Below are positions 10,401-19,405 of a stretch of DNA of 64,000 nt, piece by piece. The stretch covers positions 512,001 to 576,000 of the forward strand of contig JAVYWL010000001.1 in assembly GCA_038727135.1 (NCBI GenBank), given 5' to 3'. Position 1 is the stretch's first letter. Each line of letters opens with the position of its first letter. The notes below the pieces were generated by a model that worked only from the letters and a program-made list of their open reading frames with translations, did not search any database and was not told the origin of the DNA. A program made the translations under genes and the position numbers. The stretch comes from Candidatus Bathyarchaeia archaeon. GTDB lineage: Archaea; Thermoproteota; Bathyarchaeia; Bathyarchaeales; Bathycorpusculaceae.

Positions 10401-10863
10401 CTTTACAGTTCCCGTTTCAAACATTAATATGGGAAATGAGGAAAGCTCCTACAAACGCTTCAAAACCATGGTGGAAAAGCTTAACGGCCAGCTGGCACTC
10501 GCGGAGAAAATTGAGGCTGTGGACGCCAAAAAAGTCGCCTTAAAAGTCTTGACAAAACATTTTATCCGCGACATTGCCGGAAACCTTCGGGCCTTTTCAA
10601 TGCAAGGGTTCCGATGCAAATCTTGCAATAAGCGTTTTCGACGTTTGCCACTACGGGGTAAATGTCCAACATGTGGTGGAGAGCTAACCTTGACAGTCTA
10701 TCGAGGTGGCATAGAAAAGTATCTTGAGGCTGCTGAGCATATAATTAAGAAGTATGATTTGCCACGCTACTATAGTCAACGGATTCTGCTTGTGAGGGAG
10801 GAGATTAACTCTTTATTTGAGGGTAAAAAGCCAAAACAAATTAGCCTAACAAGCTTCGCCTAA
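7447..10863 (+). CDS. polC: DNA polymerase D large subunit DP2
   Basis: AGPIRSAGGT, GGFRLRYGR, catalytic RRDCDGDED, C-terminal Zn finger and PIP box QISLTSF; no intein. Confidence 0.97.
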   Translation: MDILMSKSYEKYIEALEKQLGQLYSVAAKAREKGLDPEFKPECTIARDMADLVEGLVGPKGVAERIRELSSKLSREELAFKIAEEIVYGKFGHLEPEAAAEQAIRTALAILTEGVTAAPIQGVAQVKIKTNHDRSKYLAIYFAGPIRSAGGTDQALTLVIGDFIRRILGLDRYKPTEEEIARFVEEVRLYERSVSRFQYHVSDEELQRALRWLPVEVTGTESDPVEVSAYRNLPRIETNRVRGGALRVVNDGIVGRASKVWAIVEKLGIQGWDWLKEIRKMSEKKAAGFMDDIVAGRPIFSFPGSRGGFRLRYGRARNTGLTAVGVHPATMLVLQGFIAAGTQLRLELPGKGGIAVPVDALEPPIVKLRDGSVVRVTLENFSDVKDRIEKILFLGDILISFGDFLYQGKSLVPAGYVEEWWAGDLKKAIAEKFGGDFEKAAAAAGILVERLKSFLGNPFVNKPTCKEAIALSLNVTIPLHPAYTFFWSSLGSVEELKLLRNWALTASVECDEGFAHRIVGKMDESVKKALEAICLPHKVVGGNIVVEGDDACAFTFCLGIGKSDVNFRQVGDVLKAIEELCGVVVRDKASTFIGARMGRPEKAKRREMKPLVHVLFPVGLAGGSQRDVLEAAKRGNVYVEVVKRKCPPCKTVAFGRKCPACGSETILEHVCPRCGRTLNGGGECPVCKVFAVPYQRQYVNISELLDQACSHLGVSSLKILKGVKGLTNETKTPEILEKGVLRAKYDLSVYKDGTIRFDATNAPLTHFKPSEIGISVEKLVKLGYTTDAYGNPLTSPEQICELKIQDVIIPIKCAEYFVRVANFVDELLVKVYGLPAYYNVRNIEDLIGHLVIGLAPHTSVGILGRIIGFTSLNVCYAHPVWHSAKRRDCDGDEDALMLALDTLLNFSRVFLPAQIGGIMDAPLLLISVVNPKEVQRQAHDFDVAEAYPLEFYQKTLEKAEAKHVSPLVDLIEYRLGTEAQFEGYHFTVPVSNINMGNEESSYKRFKTMVEKLNGQLALAEKIEAVDAKKVALKVLTKHFIRDIAGNLRAFSMQGFRCKSCNKRFRRLPLRGKCPTCGGELTLTVYRGGIEKYLEAAEHIIKKYDLPRYYSQRILLVREEINSLFEGKKPKQISLTSFA

Positions 10864-10909
10864 AGTGAAACCTTTTCTACACCCTCATTACAAAAATGTT
10901 TTGATGGAC

Positions 10910-11173
10910 ATGCCACGGGAAGGGTATCACCCCAACGCTTACCTTAAGGACTTTAGAAACGTTAAGCTGGGCTTGAATGCGCGCACCCTAATACTGAATT
11001 TTCTTGAGAGGTCTTCTGCGGATGCAAAAACAATTGCTAAAGAGACAGGCTTGCCCTACAACGTGGTCTTGCATCACCTAAAACTTCTAGAATTAAAGGG
11101 AATTACAAAAAGGGAAAGCAAGCGTCCATCTGTTTGGGCTTTAACTGGACTTGGACAGAAACGTTTAGGTTAA
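10910..11173 (+). CDS. Small ArsR-like winged-helix protein
   Basis: AKTIAKETGLPYNVVLHHLKLLELKGI. Confidence 0.75.
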   Translation: MPREGYHPNAYLKDFRNVKLGLNARTLILNFLERSSADAKTIAKETGLPYNVVLHHLKLLELKGITKRESKRPSVWALTGLGQKRLG

Positions 11174-11183
11174 TGCTGATACC

Positions 11184-11471
11184 CTAAAAAGTGCATTGAC
11201 AAGGTGAGTGTCTACATTTCGGGCATTTTCCATCATACTTGCCCAGAGCAGCCTTTTCCAAATCTACGTTTGTTATGTTGGCTAATGATGCGAGCCATGC
11301 GATGACGTCTGCAAACTCGTTTTCCAAGGCTTTTCTATCATCCGTCCTTAGTGCTTCACCTAGTTCCGCCACTTCTTCCACAAGCCATTCAAAGGTCTTT
11401 TCTACACCCCGCTGTGAGTCTCTGTGAAAATACAGAGTTCGCATCATCTCCTGAAACTCGTGTATATGCAT
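11184..11471 (-). CDS. MazG-like nucleotide pyrophosphohydrolase
   Basis: WLVEEVAEL...ENEFADVIAWLASLAN; C-terminal CPKC. Confidence 0.9.
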   Translation of the reverse strand: MHIHEFQEMMRTLYFHRDSQRGVEKTFEWLVEEVAELGEALRTDDRKALENEFADVIAWLASLANITNVDLEKAALGKYDGKCPKCRHSPCQCTF

Positions 11472-11507
11472 TCTTTACTGCACCAGCTAATCGGGTTTGT
11501 ATTGCTT

Positions 11508-11948
11508 TTAGTTTTTAAAGTTAAGTAAGGCTTTCTGTCCTTTGGCTGTTATGTGGATAACCTTTACGCCTCTTTTCTCAAGATGGGTGGCAATAAAACG
11601 CCTGTGACAGTATTTTGGGTTTGGCTCCATACACATCATGCATGTTCTCTTTTGGCTGGCAATTTCAAGGAGCTTTTTTATGCCCTCTCTAAAAAGTTTG
11701 GTTCGCATGTGCCTTTTATATCCGCCCTTTCGATAGCCTCCCAACTCTCTGCCTAGCCAAACGTATTCTATTCCGTTTTCTGGCAGCCACTTTTCCATTT
11801 GTTCTCTTTTGAAATGTTCGATTTTTGATGTTGGGAAATGGCGAATGTCCGCCAATACTTGTATTTCATGCTCCTTTAGCATTTCTAGGAAGGTGCTAAT
11901 AGAGCGGTTACTGTGCCCAATAGTCCAGACGATCACTTGTTTTTCCAT
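11508..11948 (-). CDS. DUF488 family protein
   Basis: WTIGHSNR, LADIRHFP, ELGG, MCME...CHRR. Confidence 0.9.
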   Translation of the reverse strand: MEKQVIVWTIGHSNRSISTFLEMLKEHEIQVLADIRHFPTSKIEHFKREQMEKWLPENGIEYVWLGRELGGYRKGGYKRHMRTKLFREGIKKLLEIASQKRTCMMCMEPNPKYCHRRFIATHLEKRGVKVIHITAKGQKALLNFKN

Positions 11949-11956
11949 TGGTGAGC

Positions 11957-13291
11957 CTAGCGGATTCTTATGTACTGATAGGCCTCTGTTGCGTTCTCGA
12001 AGCAGTAGTGCACTTTCTGGTAGTCTTTTCTGAACTCCGCCACGTCAATGGCTACCTTTTCTGGTGGTTCCTTATCTATTACCACGCGTTTTATGAATTC
12101 GGCTATTTCCACCATCTCCGACTCTCTCATTCCAAGCCTTGTGACCTCCGAAACGCCCAGTCTTATGCCGCCTGGATGCTGGAAGTGGCGTCCCTCCTTA
12201 ATGTCCCATGGCAACAGATTCCTATTGATAATTATGTTTGCCTTTTCCAATGTTTCTTCTATGGTGCCTCCATCGCCGTACTTTGTTATGTCTATTAGAA
12301 TCACGTGGGATTCCGTGAAGCCCTTATGTTCAGCCAATACGTTGAAGCCTCTCTCATACAATGCTTGGGCTAAAGCCTTTGCATTTTTAACAACTTGGCG
12401 TGCATATTCTCTTCCAAACTCAAGCAGCTCTGCTGCGGCAATTGCCACACCAGCCACTGCATGCAAGTGGTGGTTGCTCACCATTCCAGGAAAGGTGGCA
12501 CGCTTTATCTTGTCGGCGTACTTCTCCCAAGACAAGACTGCACCGTGTTGAGGTCCAAAAAACGTTTTGTGAGTACTTAAACTTACAACGTCAGCACCCT
12601 CGCGGAGAGGATCTTGGAAACACTTTCCAGCGATTAAACCAGCGACATGGGCAGCATCATAACCGACGGTTCCCCCCACTGCGCGTATAGTGTCTGCTAA
12701 CTCTTTTACTGGGTGGGGGAATGGGAAGACGCTGGCTCCAAACATCACAAGTTTAGGAGGCTTTCCTTCCGCCGCAAGTTTTTCTATCCTTTGCTTCGCC
12801 TTATCCACGTCGATGTTTAACTCTTTGTAGTCCAAAGGTAAGTATTCAACCACTAAACCGTGAACCGCGCCCGCTGTACCCCCAAGTTCCTTCTTGCCCA
12901 TTGTTATATGCCCACCACAAGGTATGGACAAAGCCATCATCACATCGCCCGGCTCAGTAAAAGCCGTATAAACAACAAGGTTTGCCACAACACCAGAAAT
13001 GGGACGCACATCCACGAACTCCGCGTCAAAAAGCCTCTTCATAAGCTCAATACATTTGAACTCAACTTGGTCTATGAAGCGGCATCCAGCATAAACCCTT
13101 TCTCCAGGCCAACCTTCAGCGTATCTGTTTCCAAAATCTGTTGTTAATGCTTCACGCACCGCTGGGCTCGGTATATTTTCACTTGCTATTAGGGGGATGC
13201 ATTCTCGGAACCATGCATGGTGCTTCTGCAGAACATCCAACACAAACTGATATTCTTCGCGTGGGGTTGGCATTAACATACCTCGCTTCAT
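11957..13291 (-). CDS. glyA: Serine hydroxymethyltransferase
   Basis: LIASEN, YAEGWPGERVYAG, STHKTFFGPQ. Confidence 0.96.
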   Translation of the reverse strand: MKRGMLMPTPREEYQFVLDVLQKHHAWFRECIPLIASENIPSPAVREALTTDFGNRYAEGWPGERVYAGCRFIDQVEFKCIELMKRLFDAEFVDVRPISGVVANLVVYTAFTEPGDVMMALSIPCGGHITMGKKELGGTAGAVHGLVVEYLPLDYKELNIDVDKAKQRIEKLAAEGKPPKLVMFGASVFPFPHPVKELADTIRAVGGTVGYDAAHVAGLIAGKCFQDPLREGADVVSLSTHKTFFGPQHGAVLSWEKYADKIKRATFPGMVSNHHLHAVAGVAIAAAELLEFGREYARQVVKNAKALAQALYERGFNVLAEHKGFTESHVILIDITKYGDGGTIEETLEKANIIINRNLLPWDIKEGRHFQHPGGIRLGVSEVTRLGMRESEMVEIAEFIKRVVIDKEPPEKVAIDVAEFRKDYQKVHYCFENATEAYQYIRIR

Positions 13292-13397
13292 TATCGCCTT
13301 TACAGAAATAAAACTGTTTTGAACAACAACGCAAGGTTAATAATGGAGAAGTCTAAAGGTTTAAAGTGCCTAAGGACTGTTTGGAGACGATTTACTA

Positions 13398-13568
13398 ATG
13401 AGTAAGAAAAAGAAGAAAAGCGAATCAGCGCCAATGCCCGCCGCAAGCGCCGGATTGCTGCGGTTTTTTGAGGAGGAAACAGAAGGCGTTAAAGTAAGAC
13501 CAGAAATTCTAATAGCTGCAGCCATAGCCCTAATAGTGATATGTGTTTTGGCGCGCCTACTTTTCTAG
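13398..13568 (+). CDS. secG: Preprotein translocase Sec61-beta/SecG
   Basis: Not in ORF track (56 aa): MSKKKKKSESAPMPAASAGLLRFFEEETEGVKVRPEIL followed by a C-terminal TM helix. Confidence 0.9.
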   Translation: MSKKKKKSESAPMPAASAGLLRFFEEETEGVKVRPEILIAAAIALIVICVLARLLF

Positions 13569-13579
13569 GCTTTACTCTT

Positions 13580-13897
13580 TTAGCGGCGAGAAGTTGGATG
13601 TAAAATTTCAATTCTCTGAACGGAATTTAAGTGAATGAATATTTCGCTACGCTCCTCTCTGCTCGCAACCTGTGGGATGGGCTGGGCAATCGTCGCCCGT
13701 AGAACTATGGCTTCAGCGTTTGAAAGCCATATGCCGGCTGGTTCACGGGTTACTGCCGCCAAAACGCCCTCAAAACCATAGGAAGGGTCTAAGATAACGC
13801 GGACACTCTTTCCAAGGTTTTTCTCGAGCATATGAAATATTGTCGGGGGGAGGGATTGCTCGGGCATAGCACCAGCAAAACTATAGACGGCTTTCAA
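13580..13897 (-). CDS. Sm/LSm-like domain protein
   Basis: LEKNLGKSVRVIL...FEGVL...IWLSNAE...IFIHLNSVQRIE resembles the Sm1/Sm2 motifs. Confidence 0.6.
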   Translation of the reverse strand: MKAVYSFAGAMPEQSLPPTIFHMLEKNLGKSVRVILDPSYGFEGVLAAVTREPAGIWLSNAEAIVLRATIAQPIPQVASREERSEIFIHLNSVQRIEILHPTSRR

Positions 13898-13908
13898 AGA
13901 TAAAACAC

Positions 13909-15846
13909 TTGCTCTTCAAATTAACATTTAGTGCAACCGCAAGGGCGCCTTTCCTCAAAATTTTTGCTCTTTCAAAATTTATGCAACACTTTAATATGTC
14001 TATACACCTTCAGAAACTCTTTGAGCGGATAAGCGTGGCTAACGATGCCTCTTTAAGCCAGTATTTAGATAAGGCGGTTAAACACTATTCATCGCTTTTT
14101 AGGCTTCCATCATATAAAAGGACAGTCCAACTTCTGGCCGCGTTTTGTGTAGTATGCGGTTTTTTGTCGACTTTTACTCTCCAGGCTTCTGGACTGGTTT
14201 CTGGGATGCTTTTGGGTTTTACGCTGTTTTTCATGACGCTTCTTGCAGACTATCTTTTGGCGCTGTTTGTATTAAAAAAGGACCCAATTTATGACTTGAG
14301 AAGGACCGCTGCTCTTTCCTTGTTCTGCTGGGGATTGTGGCTTTTCTTCATCGCCACGGGCTGTGCTACAACCTATTTTACGGCTTTTCCGTTGTGGGCG
14401 GTCAGGCTTTGCCTTCTAGGTTTTTCAGCTGTTTTGATATCCCGCATTATCGTTTTATACTCAACATCATCCGTGAGTTATCCGCGCTTTTTGTTAGCCT
14501 CTATTCTCCCGCCTTTTCTATGCCTAATCCCTTTCATGTTTTTATGGTGGTTTAATAATGCCAATATTCCAGCCATTCTGAGTTTTTCAACTGTTGCGTC
14601 AGCCGTTGCTTTAGCCTCCGGCTTCGCTTTTATTTTCCTTTTGAATTTTATTGGAAAACGCTCTATTGGTGAACAGTCGATTCCCATTTTTAGAGCTTTC
14701 CTACTTAATTGGGTTGCAGACCTAAACGCGCCCTTCGAAGCTTTTCTCGAAAAATTGAGCGAGGAACACGATATTGAGGTTTCAATAATAAAATTTGACT
14801 GTTCAAAACCCGTGTTTATTGTTGTTCCGTCAGTGCACCCGGGGCCGTTCAAAAATGTTGGTAGTAGCTTTTTGCCTTTCATGCTTAAAACGGCTTTAGA
14901 GCAAAAGTTTGGTGGTGTTGCGTGTGTGCCATTGGGTTTGCTGGGCCACGAGCTTGATGTTGCTTCCCAAAGCCAAGTTCAGAAAATTATTACTGGCACC
15001 CTTGAATCAGCAGATTTTACGGCGAAGGGGGTTAAGACTACCCCTTTCATTAAAGTTAGTAACGGCTTAGCTACAGCTTGCTGCCAAGTTTTTGGCAAAA
15101 CTGCGTTAATTGTGTTTTCCCTAGCCCCGAAAACAACAGAGGATTTTCCACAAGAATTAGGCGACGCTATTCAAAAAGAGGCTGAAAATCTTGGCTTGGA
15201 ATCTTGCATTGCCATCAACGCGCATAACAGCATAAACGGAGTTGTGGACACGCAAGCAGCATTAGATGCATTGAAAGATGTTGCTTCTAACTGCTTAAAA
15301 GAAGCGATCTCCGCGAGGCCTACCTCATTTAAAGTGGGTGCTGCCACGGTCTTGCCAAAAGAGTTCAGCCTTAGGGACGGAATAGGTCTTGGTGGCATAA
15401 CAGTGATTGCCATCGAGGCTAGTTTGCAGAAAGTCGCCTATGTAATTGTTGACGGGAATAACATGGTTTCGGGCTTGAGGGAAAAAATTTTGGACGCACT
15501 CAAGTCGCTGGGCTTTGCCGATGGTGAGGTTTTCACTACGGACACGCATGCTGTTAATGCCGTGACGTTTAATGAGCGTGGATACCATCCAGTGGGCGAG
15601 GTAATAAGTCATGAGAAGCTGATAGGCTACATAGTTGAAGCTGCAAAGAGCGCGCTGGCAAGCCTAGAGCCAGCCAAGTTCGGATACAGAAGTGCACTTA
15701 TTTCGGGTGTGAAGGTTATTGGGCGGAAACCACTGGAGAAATTGTGTGTATTCACAGACAAAGTAATTCAAACTGCAAAGAGGATAGTTATCCCCTTGTT
15801 CGGTGCGACCTTTCTCGTTTTAACGTTGATTTCACTTTACGTTTAG
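13909..15846 (+). CDS. DUF2070 family membrane protein (true start probably downstream)
   Basis: Multi-TM N-terminus, VHPGPF, NAHN, DGNNM, TTDTH motifs. Confidence 0.85.
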   Translation: MLFKLTFSATARAPFLKIFALSKFMQHFNMSIHLQKLFERISVANDASLSQYLDKAVKHYSSLFRLPSYKRTVQLLAAFCVVCGFLSTFTLQASGLVSGMLLGFTLFFMTLLADYLLALFVLKKDPIYDLRRTAALSLFCWGLWLFFIATGCATTYFTAFPLWAVRLCLLGFSAVLISRIIVLYSTSSVSYPRFLLASILPPFLCLIPFMFLWWFNNANIPAILSFSTVASAVALASGFAFIFLLNFIGKRSIGEQSIPIFRAFLLNWVADLNAPFEAFLEKLSEEHDIEVSIIKFDCSKPVFIVVPSVHPGPFKNVGSSFLPFMLKTALEQKFGGVACVPLGLLGHELDVASQSQVQKIITGTLESADFTAKGVKTTPFIKVSNGLATACCQVFGKTALIVFSLAPKTTEDFPQELGDAIQKEAENLGLESCIAINAHNSINGVVDTQAALDALKDVASNCLKEAISARPTSFKVGAATVLPKEFSLRDGIGLGGITVIAIEASLQKVAYVIVDGNNMVSGLREKILDALKSLGFADGEVFTTDTHAVNAVTFNERGYHPVGEVISHEKLIGYIVEAAKSALASLEPAKFGYRSALISGVKVIGRKPLEKLCVFTDKVIQTAKRIVIPLFGATFLVLTLISLYV

Positions 15847-15895
15847 CTAAACACTAATAAGGGAAGCGGCTTAACCTTCCAATTCTCAAGAAGGG

Positions 15896-16462
15896 TTGAA
15901 AGGCTTGCTTAGAGAAATTAGGATACATGGTCGGGGCGGGCAAGGCGCTGTCACAGCGGCACAACTGTTAGCCCACGCGGCTCACATAGAGGGCAAATAC
16001 GTTCAAGCTTTCCCATATTTTGGGGCTGAACGCAGAGGCGCCCCAGTTAAAGCCTTCGCCAGAATAAGCGACGCGCCCATTCTCCTCCACAGCCAAGTCT
16101 ACAACCCAGACTATGTGGTGGTTTTAGACCCGCAGCTTTACAAAATAATAGATGTTGCCGAAGGTCTCAAAAAAGATGGCATAATAGTTATGAACACCAC
16201 CAAGAAGCCGGACGAGTTAGGTTTAAAGGGTTGGCGAGTTGCCACAGTCGATGCTACTGGAATAGCCCTTGAATTGAACCTTCGGGTGGCTGGCTTACCA
16301 GTAGTCAATACCTCAATTTTAGGCGCGTTTGCTGGAGCAACAGGCGAAGTTCGTTTAGAAAGTGTTTTGAAAGCTATAAAGGAGAACTGGCGGGGCAGCG
16401 CTGGAGAGAAGAACGCCCGCGCTGCGGAGCTTGCCTACGAACGCCTAATTAAAGGGTGGTGA
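15896..16462 (+). CDS. porG: 2-oxoacid:ferredoxin oxidoreductase gamma subunit
   Basis: [25 protein letters not shown]. Confidence 0.92.
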   Translation: MKGLLREIRIHGRGGQGAVTAAQLLAHAAHIEGKYVQAFPYFGAERRGAPVKAFARISDAPILLHSQVYNPDYVVVLDPQLYKIIDVAEGLKKDGIIVMNTTKKPDELGLKGWRVATVDATGIALELNLRVAGLPVVNTSILGAFAGATGEVRLESVLKAIKENWRGSAGEKNARAAELAYERLIKGW

Positions 16463-16466
16463 AAGG

Positions 16467-16748
16467 ATGACTGTTCCTAAATCGCGTAAAGATATGCCTC
16501 TTACTCCCATATCTTATCCAACATTCGGGAGCATGGGAAAAACTGGGTCATGGAGGACCTTCCGTCCCATAATAGACTATTCAAAGTGCACGAAATGCAC
16601 GCTCTGCTGGGTTTACTGCCCAGACGCAGCCATAACAAGACGTGAGGATGATTCTCCTGAAATTGATTATGAATATTGCAAGGGCTGTGGAATATGCGCT
16701 AACGAATGCCCAGTTAAAGCAATAACAATGCAGAGGGAGGAAGAATAA
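16467..16748 (+). CDS. porD: 2-oxoacid:ferredoxin oxidoreductase delta subunit
   Basis: TGSWRTFRP, two 4Fe-4S CxxCxxCxxxCP motifs. Confidence 0.92.
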   Translation: MTVPKSRKDMPLTPISYPTFGSMGKTGSWRTFRPIIDYSKCTKCTLCWVYCPDAAITRREDDSPEIDYEYCKGCGICANECPVKAITMQREEE

Positions 16749-17926
16749 TGGCACAAATCATAATTGATACGGCAAATCACATTGCTGGTTACGCCGCCAA
16801 AGCCGCGAGGGTCAAAGTGGTTGCTGCATACCCCATAACACCACAAACAACAGTCGTGGAAAAAATCGCCGAATTTGTTGAAAACGGAGAAATGGATGCC
16901 GAATATATCCGTGTAGAATCCGAACACAGCGCGATGGCGGCGTGCATAGGAGCCGCAGCAGCCGGTGTTAGAACTTTCACGGCAACCTCAGCTCATGGCT
17001 TGGCTTTGATGCATGAAGCTTTACACTGGGCTTCTGGTTCCCGCTTGCCAATTGTTATGGCTGTTGTTAACCGTGCAATGGGAGCGCCTTGGAGCATCTG
17101 GCCAGACCTTAGCGACTCGCTTTCGCAGCGGGACACCGGGTGGATTCAGTTTTACTGCGCTGATAATCAAGAGGTTTTCGACACGATTATTCAAGCCTAC
17201 AGAATATGCGAAGATGAACGGGTTTTTCTGCCAGCCATGGTATGCCTAGAAGGATTTATCCTATCCCATACATACATGCCCGTGAAAATTCATGATCAAG
17301 AAGAGATAGACGCCTTTCTGCCCCCATACAGGTCTGGGTGGATTTTAGACGTGAATAACCCCTTTTCCCATGCGAACCTTGTTTCACCTGAATGGTACAT
17401 GGAGTTCCGCTATATGATACAGGAGGCTATGGAAAACGCCAAGCGGCTAATACCGGAGATCGATAAGGAGTATGGGCGACGCTTCGGCTTTCAATATGGC
17501 GGACTCATTGATAAATACATGTGTGAAGATGCAGATTTAATCATCTGCACAATGGGGACCATGGGAAGCGAAGCCAAAATAGCCGTTGACAACCTTAGGA
17601 AAGAGGGCTTAAAAGTTGGAGCTGCAAGGATAAGGGTTTACCGCCCCTTCCCTGTTGAAGAGGTTAGGAAGCTTGCCGAACATGCCAGCATTATAGCCAC
17701 AATAGACCGCCACATATCCTTCGGGATGGAAGGCTTCCTTGCATCAGAAATTAAGGCTTCGCTCTATCATATGGAGGGCAAACCCCTGCTAGCTGGCTTC
17801 ATTGCAGGCTTGGGCGGACGGGATGTGACATTCAAAACTATTGAGGGGATTGCCAGAAAATCGCTGAAATGGATGAAAGCGGGAAGGGTTGAGAAAGAAA
17901 CAGTATGGGTTGATTTGAGGGAGTGA
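16748..17926 (+). CDS. porA: 2-oxoacid:ferredoxin oxidoreductase alpha subunit
   Basis: YPITPQT, VESEHSAM. Confidence 0.92.
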   Translation: MAQIIIDTANHIAGYAAKAARVKVVAAYPITPQTTVVEKIAEFVENGEMDAEYIRVESEHSAMAACIGAAAAGVRTFTATSAHGLALMHEALHWASGSRLPIVMAVVNRAMGAPWSIWPDLSDSLSQRDTGWIQFYCADNQEVFDTIIQAYRICEDERVFLPAMVCLEGFILSHTYMPVKIHDQEEIDAFLPPYRSGWILDVNNPFSHANLVSPEWYMEFRYMIQEAMENAKRLIPEIDKEYGRRFGFQYGGLIDKYMCEDADLIICTMGTMGSEAKIAVDNLRKEGLKVGAARIRVYRPFPVEEVRKLAEHASIIATIDRHISFGMEGFLASEIKASLYHMEGKPLLAGFIAGLGGRDVTFKTIEGIARKSLKWMKAGRVEKETVWVDLRE

Positions 17927-18834
17927 AAAACATGGTTACAATTAAAGAGTTTCCTAAAGAGGAGTACCTGCTAAAAGGGCACGCGGCTTGTGCTGGGTGC
18001 GGTCCGTCAATAGCTCTTCGCCTCCTCTTTAAAGCTCTTGGAAACAAGGTCATCATGGTTGTTCCGGCATGCTGCACCACAGTTATCCAAGGGCCATACC
18101 CATACACTTCTTTTGCAGTTCCTCTTCAGAACATGCTTTTTGAAGCCACTGGTGCCACATGCTCGGGGATAGTGGCAGCTTTGAAAATTCGAGGTTTAGA
18201 GGATATAACAGTGGTTGGATGGGCTGGCGATGGAGGAACAGTGGACATAGGAATACAAGCCCTATCCGGCGCTGCAGAACGGGAAACCAACTTCATCTAC
18301 ATATGCTACGACAATGAGGCTTATGGCAACACTGGGCTTCAGAGAAGTGGGGCTACTCCCTATGGCGCTTGGACAACTACAACGCCTACCGGCAAGAAGG
18401 AGCGAAAGAAGAACATGCCCTTAATAATGGCTGCCCACAAGATACCGTATGTCGCAACCGCATGCCCCTCTTATCCTGTTGACTTTGTAAATAAGTTGAG
18501 GAAAGCTAAGGAAATTAAGGGAACCAAATACATCCATATCTTGGCTCCGTGTCCAACTGGCTGGCGCTATGACACTAGCAAAACTGTGGAGATTGGGCGG
18601 CTTGCGGTTCAAACCGGCATATGGGCTCTTTACGAAATCGAATATGGAAGGTTTAGGCTGAACCCACCGAGCGACCGCTTGATTGACAAGTCGAAGCGTA
18701 AGCCTGTTAGGGAATATTTGGCTATGCAGGATAGGTTCCGCTACTTGACGGAGGCTGACATTGAAAAGATTCAGCGGTGGGTTGACGAGGACTGGGAATA
18801 CTACCGAAAATTAGCCTCCAACGAGTGTGCCTGA
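17923..18834 (+). CDS. porB: 2-oxoacid:ferredoxin oxidoreductase beta subunit
   Basis: ACAGCG, GDGG...DNEAYGNTG TPP motif. Confidence 0.92.
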   Translation: MKNMVTIKEFPKEEYLLKGHAACAGCGPSIALRLLFKALGNKVIMVVPACCTTVIQGPYPYTSFAVPLQNMLFEATGATCSGIVAALKIRGLEDITVVGWAGDGGTVDIGIQALSGAAERETNFIYICYDNEAYGNTGLQRSGATPYGAWTTTTPTGKKERKKNMPLIMAAHKIPYVATACPSYPVDFVNKLRKAKEIKGTKYIHILAPCPTGWRYDTSKTVEIGRLAVQTGIWALYEIEYGRFRLNPPSDRLIDKSKRKPVREYLAMQDRFRYLTEADIEKIQRWVDEDWEYYRKLASNECA

Positions 18835-18930
18835 TTTAACTCTGCACGGAAAAATATAAGAACTCCAACAACATTATGATACGATTACAACTGCCACCAT
18901 AGCGTTTAGATGCTGAAAAGGAGGTTAAGT

Positions 18931-19263
18931 ATGTCGGAGGAAAAGCCTAAGAAGACTGCCAAAGAGGAAAAAGCCGCCAAAACGGCACAAGCAAACGAAA
19001 ACACCGTGCTGATTGGCAAGAAACCAGTAATGAACTATGTGGTCGCCTGCTTAACCTTCTTCAACTCCGGTGCACAAAAAATTGTTGTGAAGGCTAGGGG
19101 GCGGGCGATCAGCAGAGCCGTCGACACTGTTGAGTTGTTGAGAAGGGCTTTCATGAAAGACCTACAACTGAAAGAAATCAAAATAGGCACTGAGGAGGTC
19201 ACCCGCGGCGAGGGACAGAAAACCAACGTTTCAACCATAGAAATAACCGTTGCAAAACCATAA
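18931..19263 (+). CDS. albA: DNA/RNA-binding protein Alba
   Basis: [24 protein letters not shown]. Confidence 0.95.
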   Translation: MSEEKPKKTAKEEKAAKTAQANENTVLIGKKPVMNYVVACLTFFNSGAQKIVVKARGRAISRAVDTVELLRRAFMKDLQLKEIKIGTEEVTRGEGQKTNVSTIEITVAKP

Positions 19264-19405
19264 AGGGTTGTAACAGATACATCAAGGCATAAGCCAACAA
19301 TGTGCTAATGGCTATTTTATACTATAAATGATGTTTCTTTCTCTCGGCGTGGTTACAGATAGCTATATATAACTTGTTTTGGCTAAAAGTGGTTAATCCA
19401 GTCTG

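Noticed and set aside
7447-10863. Intein in DP2
   Set aside because: Length and continuous motifs around YAHP...RRDCDGDED show no insertion
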